A stretch of 64,000 bases of DNA from a virus. Below are positions 9,399-18,350 of the stretch, in pieces (the stretch's first letter is position 1; each line of letters opens with the position of its first letter). Position numbers and translations under genes: made by a program. The stretch lies in the IMG/VR virus record IMGVR_UViG_3300030061_003170. One strand, given 5' to 3'. The notes under the pieces are model-generated. The model was given only the letters and a program-made list of their open reading frames with translations, was not told where the DNA came from and did not search any database.

Positions 9399-12300
9399 TC
9401 AGTCCTTTAGGATAGATTCCACAATGGGAATAAGTTTTTTGATTAGTTGTTCTTGTAATTTCCGAGAGAAGAAATCCTCAGCCTCCTTTGAGTCGATAAA
9501 ATCGCGAGATGGTCTTTTAGGTTTCTTTCCTCCTAGGGGCCGAGAGCCTCTAAGGCGGCGAGGAGGTGTTTTTTCAAATGCTGAGCCAGTATAGCCTGTT
9601 GGGCCACTAAATGTTTTTCTTTCTCCGGGGGTTGCTCTTTTGGATGGATCAGGGCTGAAGTCTGTCGGTTTACCGGTGCCCATTTGTCCTGTTGAATAAG
9701 TACCCTCTCCCGTTTCAAAATCTAAATCCTGGCTTTGTGCTGAACTGCCATCTTGTGGTTTTTTGGTACCAGTATTGCTTCTGGTTTTACTTTTTGCCAA
9801 GCGTTTGATAGAATTTGTAATTTCATTTTTTAATTTAAAAATAATTTTTTTGTCTGAAAATGCAAGTGCGGCAAAATCCTTTAAATTTTGTAAAACTTTT
9901 TTATATAACGTAGGGTTGTCGAGTGCTTGTTTTAAATTTGCCATGGCTTGATAAACTAACTCGCCACTTGCAACATCTTGATTATTCCCTTGAATTTTGT
10001 TAAAAAGTCGCGTGTATTTTGTGGCGACTGATCGTGGCAATGTTGCCCCCTCATCACTCAAAGTATCATCTCCAACAGCGGGACTAGTGTCTTCTGCATC
10101 CTCTTTAACTAAACGACCTTTTTCTTGTGCCATAAAAATCATAAGAGCAATAAACGCAGCATAATATTCGTCACTTTTTTCACTCAAAAGTTCATTTGTG
10201 GATATGATCTCTTGAAATTTCTCTGGGGTGAAACTTCTAATTATTTTTTTAATCCCAGATCTTTCTAATCCTGTTTCAGGTCTTGCTAAGCGTTTTATCA
10301 CTTGGCTCGTGTTGAGGGTAAAATCAGCACCAGGTACTGGTAATCCAAAGTCTTGATCTGGATCTGTTGAATATGGACCCATTATTTGTCGTTGAGTATC
10401 TGGAATTCCATCTCCATCAGTGTCAATCAACTCCACCTCAACTTCTGGATATTCAGGGTTAATACTTGGTTCCGCCTCCGGATCTATCATCTGTATGTCT
10501 TGTCCACGAACCATGGACTTCACTCCATAATGAGTCTCAATCGCGTTTGAAATTTCAACTAATTTATCAATTGTATCTTGCATGTTTGGAACTTCAATCT
10601 CTCCATCTCTAACGTTGAGGAAAATATTCGCAACAGTTCTAGAAAGATCATTGATCAACTCATTTATTCTTTTGTATGCATCCTCAAGTGTTATTACCCG
10701 GCCTGTTGCTGCATCAAATCTTGAAATTCTAGGGAAAAAGGAAACAATACCACTATCATTAATAATATCAATCATGTTTGTGGCTGTCTGTTGTGCTTTT
10801 GGAAAATTGAAGTCATCCCCTAAATGAACTTTCAGAGAATTATTATATAATTTGTACAGTTCATTATAGGTCCTTTTTACTAATTCCACCTTTTCTTTTC
10901 TAGCGCGAGCATCTTGTTCTTGTAACTGCTCACCTGACTCTGGAACTTCTTCTTGGGCTGCTAGTTTTTCAAATTCAGCCTCTATAACCTTTGCAATAAT
11001 TGCAACTATTCTAGCAATATGCTTTTGAACACTCTGAAGTCTTTCGTTAAATAATTCCTTTAATTTTGTTCCATCAAAACTAGAGTTAATATGCGTTCTT
11101 GTTGCATACTTTTCATATTGCTTGGCCAACTTACTCAGTTCGACTAAAAGATCTCTAATTGATTGAATCTCACCTTTTGTAATTCGGATTCCTTTTGGGC
11201 CGATTGGTATATCTTTTGCTTCAATGTTTCCACGTAATTTACGCATCAACCTTTGTAACCTTGGCGCTCTACTAAAATTTTGTTCTTGGAGGGGTGCCTC
11301 TGGATCTGCTGGTGCTTCTTCCTCTGGTAGTTGAGTAGGCTGCTCTTCGGCGGGAACCTCAACAAAATCAGTCAACGCCTGTCGTTCACCATCATTAAAG
11401 TCTCCGGTCATAATTTGACCAAGAGCAACAATAAGATTGCGCAATAAATCTCCTTGATCCCTTAGCAAGTTTACTCTCATGAAACTCTTGTCGCCCTCAA
11501 AAAAGTTCTTTGCGGGTTCAAGTCTCGCTTTGATAGTTGCTTGATCTCTCTCTGCTGGTTTAAGGTCTTGGAACTCATCATCAATCACTTCAACATCATC
11601 CGCTGGTCGTTGGAGTGGAAGGCTTCTAACAGCACGATCTAATTCTGTGCCAGTTGTAATTGGGTTTCCAAAAATTACTGCGTTAAAATAATTGTATGCA
11701 ATTTTGGGTTTTTCACTGATAGCATTAATAAAAGGTTCTCTATTCTGATCAAATGATTTATCAGATACAATTTCCCATGCTAATTTTGATTGCTTTTTAT
11801 TGAAAAAACTCTCTCCCCTTTCAAAGTCCGTGAGTTCATCAGATACCTGGCCGGTGGCGAACTGCTGGACTCCTCTAAAGAATCCGTACGCTGCCTCTTT
11901 TGTTGGTATGTCCACCTCTTCTTCTAATAATTCTTTACCACCTTTTTCAATGAATTCTCTTGCAAAATCGCTTAAGGCCTTTTCCTCTGGTGGTGTCAGT
12001 TCAGCAATCACAGCCTCAACTTCTTGTTCGCTTGGTGCTTGTACTGGTGCTAGTGCTGCACTAGCGGCATCCTCAAAATCTAATTTTAATTGTGTAACTA
12101 TCCCTGTTTCCTCATCTGTGACATCTTCGTCGGGTATGTCAAAGTTTTCACCCTCTTGTTTGATAAAATTTTTAAGTGCCGTCGTTGTTCTTTGAAGGTT
12201 ATCTACCTTTAAGTTTTGTGCTGCCTCAAGATATGCTGCTTTCCAATCCTCATAGGATACCTCTTTATTATTTATTGTTCTTTTTTTATTTGCATTACCC

Positions 12301-12602
12301 CAGTCGGTAATGTATTTTGCTAAACCTTCCTCAGTTTTTATCTCTTCTAAAAAAGTGTTAATGATATCCTCTACTTGTTTTTCAACCTCTTGTTTAGGAC
12401 CTGGTGTTATGTTTTGTAAAAGTTGTCCAAGTTTATTTGATAAAGAACCTTTTGGTTCTTCTTTTAAAACACTAGCGTTAACCTCTTCAGCAATTATTCT
12501 ATTTAAGACGGAACTGTCAACAGTTTTTGACTCTCTAAGAATCTTCATCATCGGATGATTAAATATCTCTTTTGCTATTTCTCTCTTGTTCATTGGCATC
12601 AC
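9399..12602 (-). CDS. large acidic hypothetical protein, probable virion/internal head protein
   Basis: 1067 aa ORF, LNRIIAEEV motif, many LxE sites, CTATTTA motif upstream. Confidence 0.6.
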   Translation of the reverse strand: MMPMNKREIAKEIFNHPMMKILRESKTVDSSVLNRIIAEEVNASVLKEEPKGSLSNKLGQLLQNITPGPKQEVEKQVEDIINTFLEEIKTEEGLAKYITDWGNANKKRTINNKEVSYEDWKAAYLEAAQNLKVDNLQRTTTALKNFIKQEGENFDIPDEDVTDEETGIVTQLKLDFEDAASAALAPVQAPSEQEVEAVIAELTPPEEKALSDFAREFIEKGGKELLEEEVDIPTKEAAYGFFRGVQQFATGQVSDELTDFERGESFFNKKQSKLAWEIVSDKSFDQNREPFINAISEKPKIAYNYFNAVIFGNPITTGTELDRAVRSLPLQRPADDVEVIDDEFQDLKPAERDQATIKARLEPAKNFFEGDKSFMRVNLLRDQGDLLRNLIVALGQIMTGDFNDGERQALTDFVEVPAEEQPTQLPEEEAPADPEAPLQEQNFSRAPRLQRLMRKLRGNIEAKDIPIGPKGIRITKGEIQSIRDLLVELSKLAKQYEKYATRTHINSSFDGTKLKELFNERLQSVQKHIARIVAIIAKVIEAEFEKLAAQEEVPESGEQLQEQDARARKEKVELVKRTYNELYKLYNNSLKVHLGDDFNFPKAQQTATNMIDIINDSGIVSFFPRISRFDAATGRVITLEDAYKRINELINDLSRTVANIFLNVRDGEIEVPNMQDTIDKLVEISNAIETHYGVKSMVRGQDIQMIDPEAEPSINPEYPEVEVELIDTDGDGIPDTQRQIMGPYSTDPDQDFGLPVPGADFTLNTSQVIKRLARPETGLERSGIKKIIRSFTPEKFQEIISTNELLSEKSDEYYAAFIALMIFMAQEKGRLVKEDAEDTSPAVGDDTLSDEGATLPRSVATKYTRLFNKIQGNNQDVASGELVYQAMANLKQALDNPTLYKKVLQNLKDFAALAFSDKKIIFKLKNEITNSIKRLAKSKTRSNTGTKKPQDGSSAQSQDLDFETGEGTYSTGQMGTGKPTDFSPDPSKRATPGERKTFSGPTGYTGSAFEKTPPRRLRGSRPLGGKKPKRPSRDFIDSKEAEDFFSRKLQEQLIKKLIPIVESILKD

Positions 12603-12619
12603 CTCAACCTTAAATAGAC

Positions 12620-12645
12620 AAAAAGCAGGGTTTTCGCCCTGCTTT
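12620..12645 (-). terminator. intrinsic terminator
   Basis: AAAGCAGGG-CGAAAA-CCCTGCTTT stem-loop running into T tract just after stop at 12655. Confidence 0.8.
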
Positions 12646-12654
12646 GTTTTAAGA

Positions 12655-12900
12655 TTAATGTTCTGTTTCGGAGTTCATTCCCCGTTGTATTAGATAACTT
12701 ACAATATCTAAGAACTCTGGGTTTTGCCCAAGCATAAACCCAGTCTTACAAACTTGTTCCAGTTCTTCAGGTGTTATTCCAGCCTCCGCTGCATCACAAC
12801 AAGTTAAAATTAAGTTCTGAATGACCTTCATCAACTTACCGGTCTCATCCTGCTCTGCTCTCACTAACAGTTCTTCGAGTATTGGATCTTCAAGTTTCAT
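12655..12900 (-). CDS. hypothetical protein
   Basis: ORF from MKLED with AGGAG RBS. Confidence 0.6.
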   Translation of the reverse strand: MKLEDPILEELLVRAEQDETGKLMKVIQNLILTCCDAAEAGITPEELEQVCKTGFMLGQNPEFLDIVSYLIQRGMNSETEH

Positions 12901-12901
12901 T

Positions 12902-13405
12902 TTATCTCCTAATAAATTTTTTCCAAGCATCTGGCATCTCAAGATGATGATAAAAATCAAGAATTGAGAACCTTGGCTCTGATGGTTCCTTTAATAACGT
13001 CATAGAAGCCTCATATGGCGTTTTACAGCCCTTCTTTTGATTACAGCATACACAAGCCGTCACAAGGTTTTCCCAGCCTCCTAGGCCCCCTCTTGACTTC
13101 GGAATGACATGATCCAAAGTTAACTGCGAATGTTTAAATTTGTCACCACAATATTGACAAACGTATTTATCTCTCCAATAAATGTTTCTTCTTGTGGCTG
13201 AGGCTCTAACTGTCTTCTTTCTGATATATGATTTGAGTACTATAACCGATGGAAAGTTATAATCAACACAAGGTCCTTGCTGATGTTCTTCTATCGCTTG
13301 CGCACGACCACCATAAACCATCGAAAACCCTCTTTCAGCAGTAATGACCTCTAGTGGCTGCCATGCAGCATCCAGTTTTAAGGTCATAAGTTTAGCCAAA
13401 ATCAA
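12902..13405 (-). CDS. HNH endonuclease (McrA-like)
   Basis: RDKYVCQYCG..TLDHVIPKSRGG..WENLVTACVCCNQKKG. Confidence 0.92.
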   Translation of the reverse strand: MILAKLMTLKLDAAWQPLEVITAERGFSMVYGGRAQAIEEHQQGPCVDYNFPSVIVLKSYIRKKTVRASATRRNIYWRDKYVCQYCGDKFKHSQLTLDHVIPKSRGGLGGWENLVTACVCCNQKKGCKTPYEASMTLLKEPSEPRFSILDFYHHLEMPDAWKKFIRR

Positions 13406-13421
13406 ACCCTCTCCTAAGTAA

Positions 13422-13745
13422 CTAGTTCTTTTTAATTAGTTTAGAAGCCGAGCCTTCCGGGGTTAACTTAGAACTAACAATCTCCTTGAGATCAAAGTTA
13501 TCAATCACCGACTTCAGTTCTCCACATGCTTTTTTGTAATCAGGTTCCATCTCAAGAGTCGTTTTACCACCATGACCATGGATAGCATGAACTTCTCCAA
13601 TACTATCATACACAGTTACACTGGGGTGTTCACTTAGCCATGTCACTGCAACTTTTCCGTTGTCAAAGACAAATCCTTGGGCGACACGTCCCGTTCCTGA
13701 GATTCCACTCTCATCTTCTTCTCTCTTTAAATAAAATATTTTCAT
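13422..13745 (-). CDS. hypothetical phage protein
   Basis: DESGISGTGRVAQG..HGHGG motif; coupled to upstream gene. Confidence 0.65.
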   Translation of the reverse strand: MKIFYLKREEDESGISGTGRVAQGFVFDNGKVAVTWLSEHPSVTVYDSIGEVHAIHGHGGKTTLEMEPDYKKACGELKSVIDNFDLKEIVSSKLTPEGSASKLIKKN

Positions 13746-14158
13746 AACCATTCATCTTCCGATGATTCTTCTTCCCTATGTAGCGGTTGGTTTTTAACTT
13801 CTGAGGGGGAAGAAATCATCGATTGGGCCTCCCTTCCCCTAAAACTATTGATAAAATTCTCATGTTCCCGTGCGACAAATCTCAAAATGTCAGTTATCAC
13901 CTCAAAAAGGTCCTCGTTGTGAGGAATGATGTTTAAACTAGAATGTTCAATTGACACTTCAGCCATGGGAATTCCTTGTCTTGTTTCAATCATACAACTG
14001 TTGTTATCAAGAGTTGCACAATAATAAATAGTATTATCAGAATACCAATCCACAAACAGTTCAAAATAGGCTTCTTCCTCTTCTGGTGATTCTAGTTCTA
14101 GATTAATACCATTTGTCAATATATCCTTAATTCCTTTTAAGATAAAATCTCTTGACAT
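13742..14158 (-). CDS. hypothetical protein
   Basis: ORF with AGGAG RBS, downstream of tRNA. Confidence 0.6.
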   Translation of the reverse strand: MSRDFILKGIKDILTNGINLELESPEEEEAYFELFVDWYSDNTIYYCATLDNNSCMIETRQGIPMAEVSIEHSSLNIIPHNEDLFEVITDILRFVAREHENFINSFRGREAQSMISSPSEVKNQPLHREEESSEDEWL

Positions 14159-14176
14159 TCTCTCTCCTTTAAAAAA

Positions 14177-14250
14177 TACACCTGACAGGATTCGAACCTG
14201 TAACCTACGGCTTAGAAGGCCGTTGCACTATCCAGTTGTGCTACAGGTGC
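14177..14250 (-). tRNA. tRNA-Arg (anticodon UCU), CCA not encoded
   Basis: GCACCTG/CAGGTGT acceptor stem, ACGGC-CTTCTAA-GCCGT anticodon arm, GGTTCGAATCC T-loop. Confidence 0.93.
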
Positions 14251-15071
14251 TAATCAGAATTTTTTTCATGTAATTCCTTAATAATTTCATAAATAATATC
14301 TTTTGTTGCCGCAGGACCCGTGGTTTTAAATGATTGACTTTTACAAGCATCATATATCTCCCTGTCATTACCAGCACCTTCGCACTTATCACCAACAAAC
14401 CAATAATTCCAATTAGGGAAGTGCTTAAAAGCAAAAGTCTTGTCCCAACCAACAGGAAAAATATCAAAAGATGTTTGTCCACCAATTTTAATACAGATTT
14501 TTTCAGACAAGCCATATTTTTTCAAATGTAACTTTAATCTTTCTATATACCTCAGTCTAAAAAACTCTCTCTTGTCATATTCAATGAATCTTTTCCTATC
14601 TTCTTCATTAGAACATCTTCCAATTGGGCACCAATTGATTGTAGAACCCCTAAAATCTATAAAGTTGCCTTTTAACTGTAGTAGTCCAAGATTAGATATT
14701 TCATTCTGCATTTTTATAAGAACTTTCATCAATTCCTGGAATGAATTAGAGCCTAAAAAATGTTCCATCGAAATATTATAATTTAGAGTATGATTCTTTT
14801 CGTGAAAAACAGGAGGCTTGAACCACTTGGTGCCATTGCACGGCAAAAGATGAATGTGGTAAGAGGCTGCTGAATTTTTAAGAAACTTGCCCATTTGTTG
14901 AATTATATAATTATAATCTGACCCTGTAACAATCCCCACTTCACACCATTGAGTTAAGTCTCGTAGTGGAGCATCTAAATCCCAATGGAATTTCCTACGA
15001 GGTGGCGTTAATGTTCCATCCATGTCAAAAAATACTATATCTTTTTTCAAAATTTTCTCCACTAAAAACAA
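14250..15071 (-). CDS. HAD-IIB phosphomannomutase (eukaryotic PMM/Sec53-like)
   Basis: FDMDGTLTPPR, VTGSD, INWCPIGR, GGQTSFDIFPVGWDK, FVGDK..GNDREIY; true start probably a few codons downstream. Confidence 0.85.
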   Translation of the reverse strand: MFLVEKILKKDIVFFDMDGTLTPPRRKFHWDLDAPLRDLTQWCEVGIVTGSDYNYIIQQMGKFLKNSAASYHIHLLPCNGTKWFKPPVFHEKNHTLNYNISMEHFLGSNSFQELMKVLIKMQNEISNLGLLQLKGNFIDFRGSTINWCPIGRCSNEEDRKRFIEYDKREFFRLRYIERLKLHLKKYGLSEKICIKIGGQTSFDIFPVGWDKTFAFKHFPNWNYWFVGDKCEGAGNDREIYDACKSQSFKTTGPAATKDIIYEIIKELHEKNSD

Positions 15072-15099
15072 TTATAACATGTTGCTACTTAATTGTCAA
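15071..15099 (-). promoter_or_regulatory. consensus sigma70 promoter (PMM, tRNA)
   Basis: TTGACA-N17-TATAAT. Confidence 0.8.
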
Positions 15100-15258
15100 G
15101 TTTTTTTCTAATTTTTGTTTAGCAAGCCTCACCTCTTCCAAGGCAGTCTTGATATTCCTATCATAATCATCAGCCATGGTACTCCACAACTTGGCACGCA
15201 TAAGTTTTTTTTCAATTGTGTCGAGAATCAACCACAATTTGTCATAAGTTTGGCTCAT
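15085..15258 (-). CDS. small hypothetical protein (57 aa, not in track)
   Basis: Manual translation MSQTYDKLWLILDTIEKKLMRAKLW..; fills gap between neighbours. Confidence 0.5.
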   Translation of the reverse strand: MSQTYDKLWLILDTIEKKLMRAKLWSTMADDYDRNIKTALEEVRLAKQKLEKNLTIK

Positions 15259-15484
15259 TTACTTTCTCCAAATAAATTTCATTTATTTCACTAATTGCAC
15301 CATCGTTCCACAATACCTTAATGACGTTTCTAGTTCCAATGTGAGAACGATAATAGTTAAATTTTATTTCTGAGATGATTCCTATACATCTTTTGTTTTT
15401 CAGTTCTTTTTGTATTGGACCAAGTTTTATAATAGTCTTTGAATTAGTAATTCTAACCAAGTCTCCAACTTCAAACTTTTCCAT
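15242..15484 (-). CDS. SH3/KOW-like small protein
   Basis: FEVGDLVRI..IGIISEI..VLWNDG..YLEKV. Confidence 0.6.
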   Translation of the reverse strand: MEKFEVGDLVRITNSKTIIKLGPIQKELKNKRCIGIISEIKFNYYRSHIGTRNVIKVLWNDGAISEINEIYLEKVNEPNL

Positions 15485-15753
15485 TAATACTTCCAAACTT
15501 TTATAACAAGATCACCATCTCCGCATATTAATCGATGATAAGTCATTTTTGGAATCCAATAACTTTCTCCAATAATCAGAGTTTTTGGCAACTCATTGTC
15601 AAGTTGTAATTTCCAATTCCTACCTTCAACCAACTCAACCTTTCTGTCTTCTTTGTCTAGATGCCAGATAAGTTCATCTTGAGAAGTTTCTTTTTTAAAC
15701 TCTCTCAAAAAAAGTTTTTTTCCAATTCGCATTTCGCTGAATGGGAAATCCAT
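15484..15753 (-). CDS. small cupin-like phage protein
   Basis: WHLDKEDR..WKLQLDNELP..IPKMTYHRL. Confidence 0.55.
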   Translation of the reverse strand: MDFPFSEMRIGKKLFLREFKKETSQDELIWHLDKEDRKVELVEGRNWKLQLDNELPKTLIIGESYWIPKMTYHRLICGDGDLVIKVWKY

Positions 15754-16352
15754 TACCAGAACCTACCAGGTACATTCTTGCCAAAATCTTTGTGTGCTCT
15801 ACAAGCCCAATATCCAGCCTTGGTTCTATCTTTCTTTTTCTCGCACTGATGACGGGAAGCAAATGATTTGCGTGCTTCTGGGTTGTTCCAGTTTCCTTTA
15901 AGGCCACCTTTAGAGTCCCCATAGGTGATAGTCTTGACGTTTCCTGTCTTTGGATCACGAACATACACTTTGTATTTCTTGCCACCACCAGAATTCTTCA
16001 TGGGTTTACCAATGGGCTTCTTCTCTTTGTCTTCTTCGATTTCTGACTTTGATTCCTCGATATACATTGGGAAATCCAAAGGAACCTCTTCTCCCTCAAA
16101 CATTACCCACTCACCAAGTTCTGTGTTTTCAAGCATATCTCGTTCTTCATCGTTGACAACTTCGTAAAGACCCATCTTGTAGAACTTACGGCCTTGACTA
16201 ATTGTGTTAAAATAACAAGAAGAACCAACACGAAAAATGTTTTCATGCAAAGGGGTCTTAGTCTTTACGTGTTCCAGCAATCCAGGCTTAAACAAAACCT
16301 CTTGGGTTTCTTCGAGAATAATTCTTTCTATTTGTTCGTTTGTAAATTTCAT
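15753..16352 (-). CDS. hypothetical protein with MKFT..IILEE leader and basic Cys/His C-terminal domain
   Basis: KKYKVYVRDPKTGNVK..ARKSFASRHQC..AGYWAC, a motif type familiar from T4-like marine myophages. Confidence 0.65.
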   Translation of the reverse strand: MKFTNEQIERIILEETQEVLFKPGLLEHVKTKTPLHENIFRVGSSCYFNTISQGRKFYKMGLYEVVNDEERDMLENTELGEWVMFEGEEVPLDFPMYIEESKSEIEEDKEKKPIGKPMKNSGGGKKYKVYVRDPKTGNVKTITYGDSKGGLKGNWNNPEARKSFASRHQCEKKKDRTKAGYWACRAHKDFGKNVPGRFW

Positions 16353-17092
16353 CCTTTTTTACCTCTTTTAGCCTTCTTGCCCCATGACTTTCCTTTGCCT
16401 CGTTCTTTACAAGCACCAGGGGTTGGTCTGCATGCTGGATACTTCTTACGCTTTTCACCAGAACCACGACCGCATGATTTGTAGCCACCCTTGCCGTCAG
16501 GAGCATTACAATCAACCCAACCTTTCTTCTTGCCCTTGGCTCCTTTACGACCGAACCAATCTCTTAATGAAGATTCTTTGCTTGATTCTGTTCCGGCCTT
16601 CTTACGCTTTTTTCTTTTTTTTTTCTTTTCATCAAGGACTGCATCTAATTCTTCCTCGATAATTTTGTTCAACTGTTCTTTAGTGATCTTAATTTCATCA
16701 CCATCACCACGGACATAATCTCCATGATCATGCTCGCCAACATCTTCCATACTGTCTAGAATTTTCTGAATCTCTTCATCTTTGGCTTTTGTAAAAACCT
16801 TCTTGAGAGCCTTCATTCCAAGAGCACCACCTTCTTTCTTAAAGACTGCCTTAACTGCATCGGCAGTTAATTCTTTTTCTTCACTGAGGGATTCATTTTT
16901 CTTTTTAGATTTGTTACCCCAGTTCTTGGCACCGACTTTTCTACATTTAACAAGCGCACCTGAAGCGTATGCTGAAGGCCAAACCTTATACCTTCGCTTA
17001 ACTTTATGATAGCAGGCATCACGTTTTACTTTGGCTTTAGCCTTTTTCTTTTTCTTACGTTTCTTTTTTTCTTCCAAATTATCTTCGAGCAT
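16349..17092 (-). CDS. Lys-rich modular hypothetical protein
   Basis: DACYHKVKRRYKVWPSAYASGALVKCRK and LRDWF..GWVDCN..CGR..YPACRP modules. Confidence 0.65.
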   Translation of the reverse strand: MLEDNLEEKKKRKKKKKAKAKVKRDACYHKVKRRYKVWPSAYASGALVKCRKVGAKNWGNKSKKKNESLSEEKELTADAVKAVFKKEGGALGMKALKKVFTKAKDEEIQKILDSMEDVGEHDHGDYVRGDGDEIKITKEQLNKIIEEELDAVLDEKKKKRKKRKKAGTESSKESSLRDWFGRKGAKGKKKGWVDCNAPDGKGGYKSCGRGSGEKRKKYPACRPTPGACKERGKGKSWGKKAKRGKKG

Positions 17093-17136
17093 TGAAAAGC
17101 ACCCCTTATATATATTATATATTATATTAATAAATA

Positions 17137-17460
17137 TTAATTAAAATAACTTTCAGTCTTATGCTTCTTTAAAAACTTATATAAATCACTTCTATCTATT
17201 CCTAATAATCTAGCCATATCTTTTTTAGTTTCACATGCAGTATAAGAATATTTTAATAAAGCATCTCTACATATCTCAGGCATTGCTTTCCATAAAGGAA
17301 AATTATATAACTTACCTCCAAGTAATCTAGATGATTGTTCTAACTTAATTGCTATCAGTTCTTCTAAAGAAATAGAGGAGAGAACATTAAGAAAGTTTTC
17401 ATTCAATCTTTGTTCCCTCCTCAGTTTATTAATAATGGAGTGGTTCTTTTTATTTGACAT
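17137..17460 (-). CDS. Fis-type helix-turn-helix protein
   Basis: C-terminal KKDMARLLGIDRSDLYKFLKKH. Confidence 0.65.
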   Translation of the reverse strand: MSNKKNHSIINKLRREQRLNENFLNVLSSISLEELIAIKLEQSSRLLGGKLYNFPLWKAMPEICRDALLKYSYTACETKKDMARLLGIDRSDLYKFLKKHKTESYFN

Positions 17461-17480
17461 CAGTACCTCAACGTGTTACA

Positions 17481-18350
17481 TTAAATTGAAGTCTTTGCTT
17501 GTTCGTATTCTGGGGTAGTTGGTTCTGATAGTTCAGTTGCCAGTTCTCCTTCGAACTTATCAAAATACAACTTCATGTTTGTGATGAGGTAATCAACAAA
17601 AATCTTTTTGTCTTGAGGATCTGTTAATAAATCATAAGCATCAAGTATGTACTGACTAACTTTCTTGTGAGTAGTATAAGCCATGTTTTTACCAGTTTCA
17701 TCCATTTCTTCCAAACCAGAGCCAAAATCATCTTTTTCTTGTTCGGCAGGAGATTTTTCTTTCTCCCCTTCAATGTCCAAATCTTTTGTAGGATCAGGAT
17801 CAACATCAATGTCGATATCCTCTTCCAATTCGATGTCGTCTAAGTTAAGATCATCAATGTCAGCCAACATTTCATCTGATGGACTGGTTGCTTCTTCGCT
17901 ACCACCAGCAAGACCTGTAGGTTCGGCCATTAATGCACCAGAGTCTTGTAGGTACATGTCATTGACAAGTGCCGGCATGAGTGATTGTTTAACAGCATGG
18001 AGCATGTGTGCCCTGAACGAGTCACGTTGTGCTTTTGATGTCGTGAGGCGTTTGTAATCTGTGCGAAGAGTGGTAATCATTTTTTTCAATACATCTTCGA
18101 GAACATTAATACCGGTAGATCGATGAGGATGCATATCAGAGAGGTCACCTTCCTTGAGAAGTGTTTGACGAATAATTTTTCTTAAACGTTCTTCTTGGAC
18201 TAGTATTTCATCTTTTTGAGCCATTCTTCTAGAGATTTTTTCTCTAATAATTTTTCTTAATCGCTGCTCTTGGATAATTTCATCTCTCATTGATTCTTCC
18301 TTTAGTGTATTAAACAATTGCTTAAATGAAGTAACTTCAACTATGCTCAT
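17481..18350 (-). CDS. acidic hypothetical protein, probable virion protein
   Basis: Two RLRKIIR repeats, LxE sites. Confidence 0.6.
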   Translation of the reverse strand: MSIVEVTSFKQLFNTLKEESMRDEIIQEQRLRKIIREKISRRMAQKDEILVQEERLRKIIRQTLLKEGDLSDMHPHRSTGINVLEDVLKKMITTLRTDYKRLTTSKAQRDSFRAHMLHAVKQSLMPALVNDMYLQDSGALMAEPTGLAGGSEEATSPSDEMLADIDDLNLDDIELEEDIDIDVDPDPTKDLDIEGEKEKSPAEQEKDDFGSGLEEMDETGKNMAYTTHKKVSQYILDAYDLLTDPQDKKIFVDYLITNMKLYFDKFEGELATELSEPTTPEYEQAKTSI

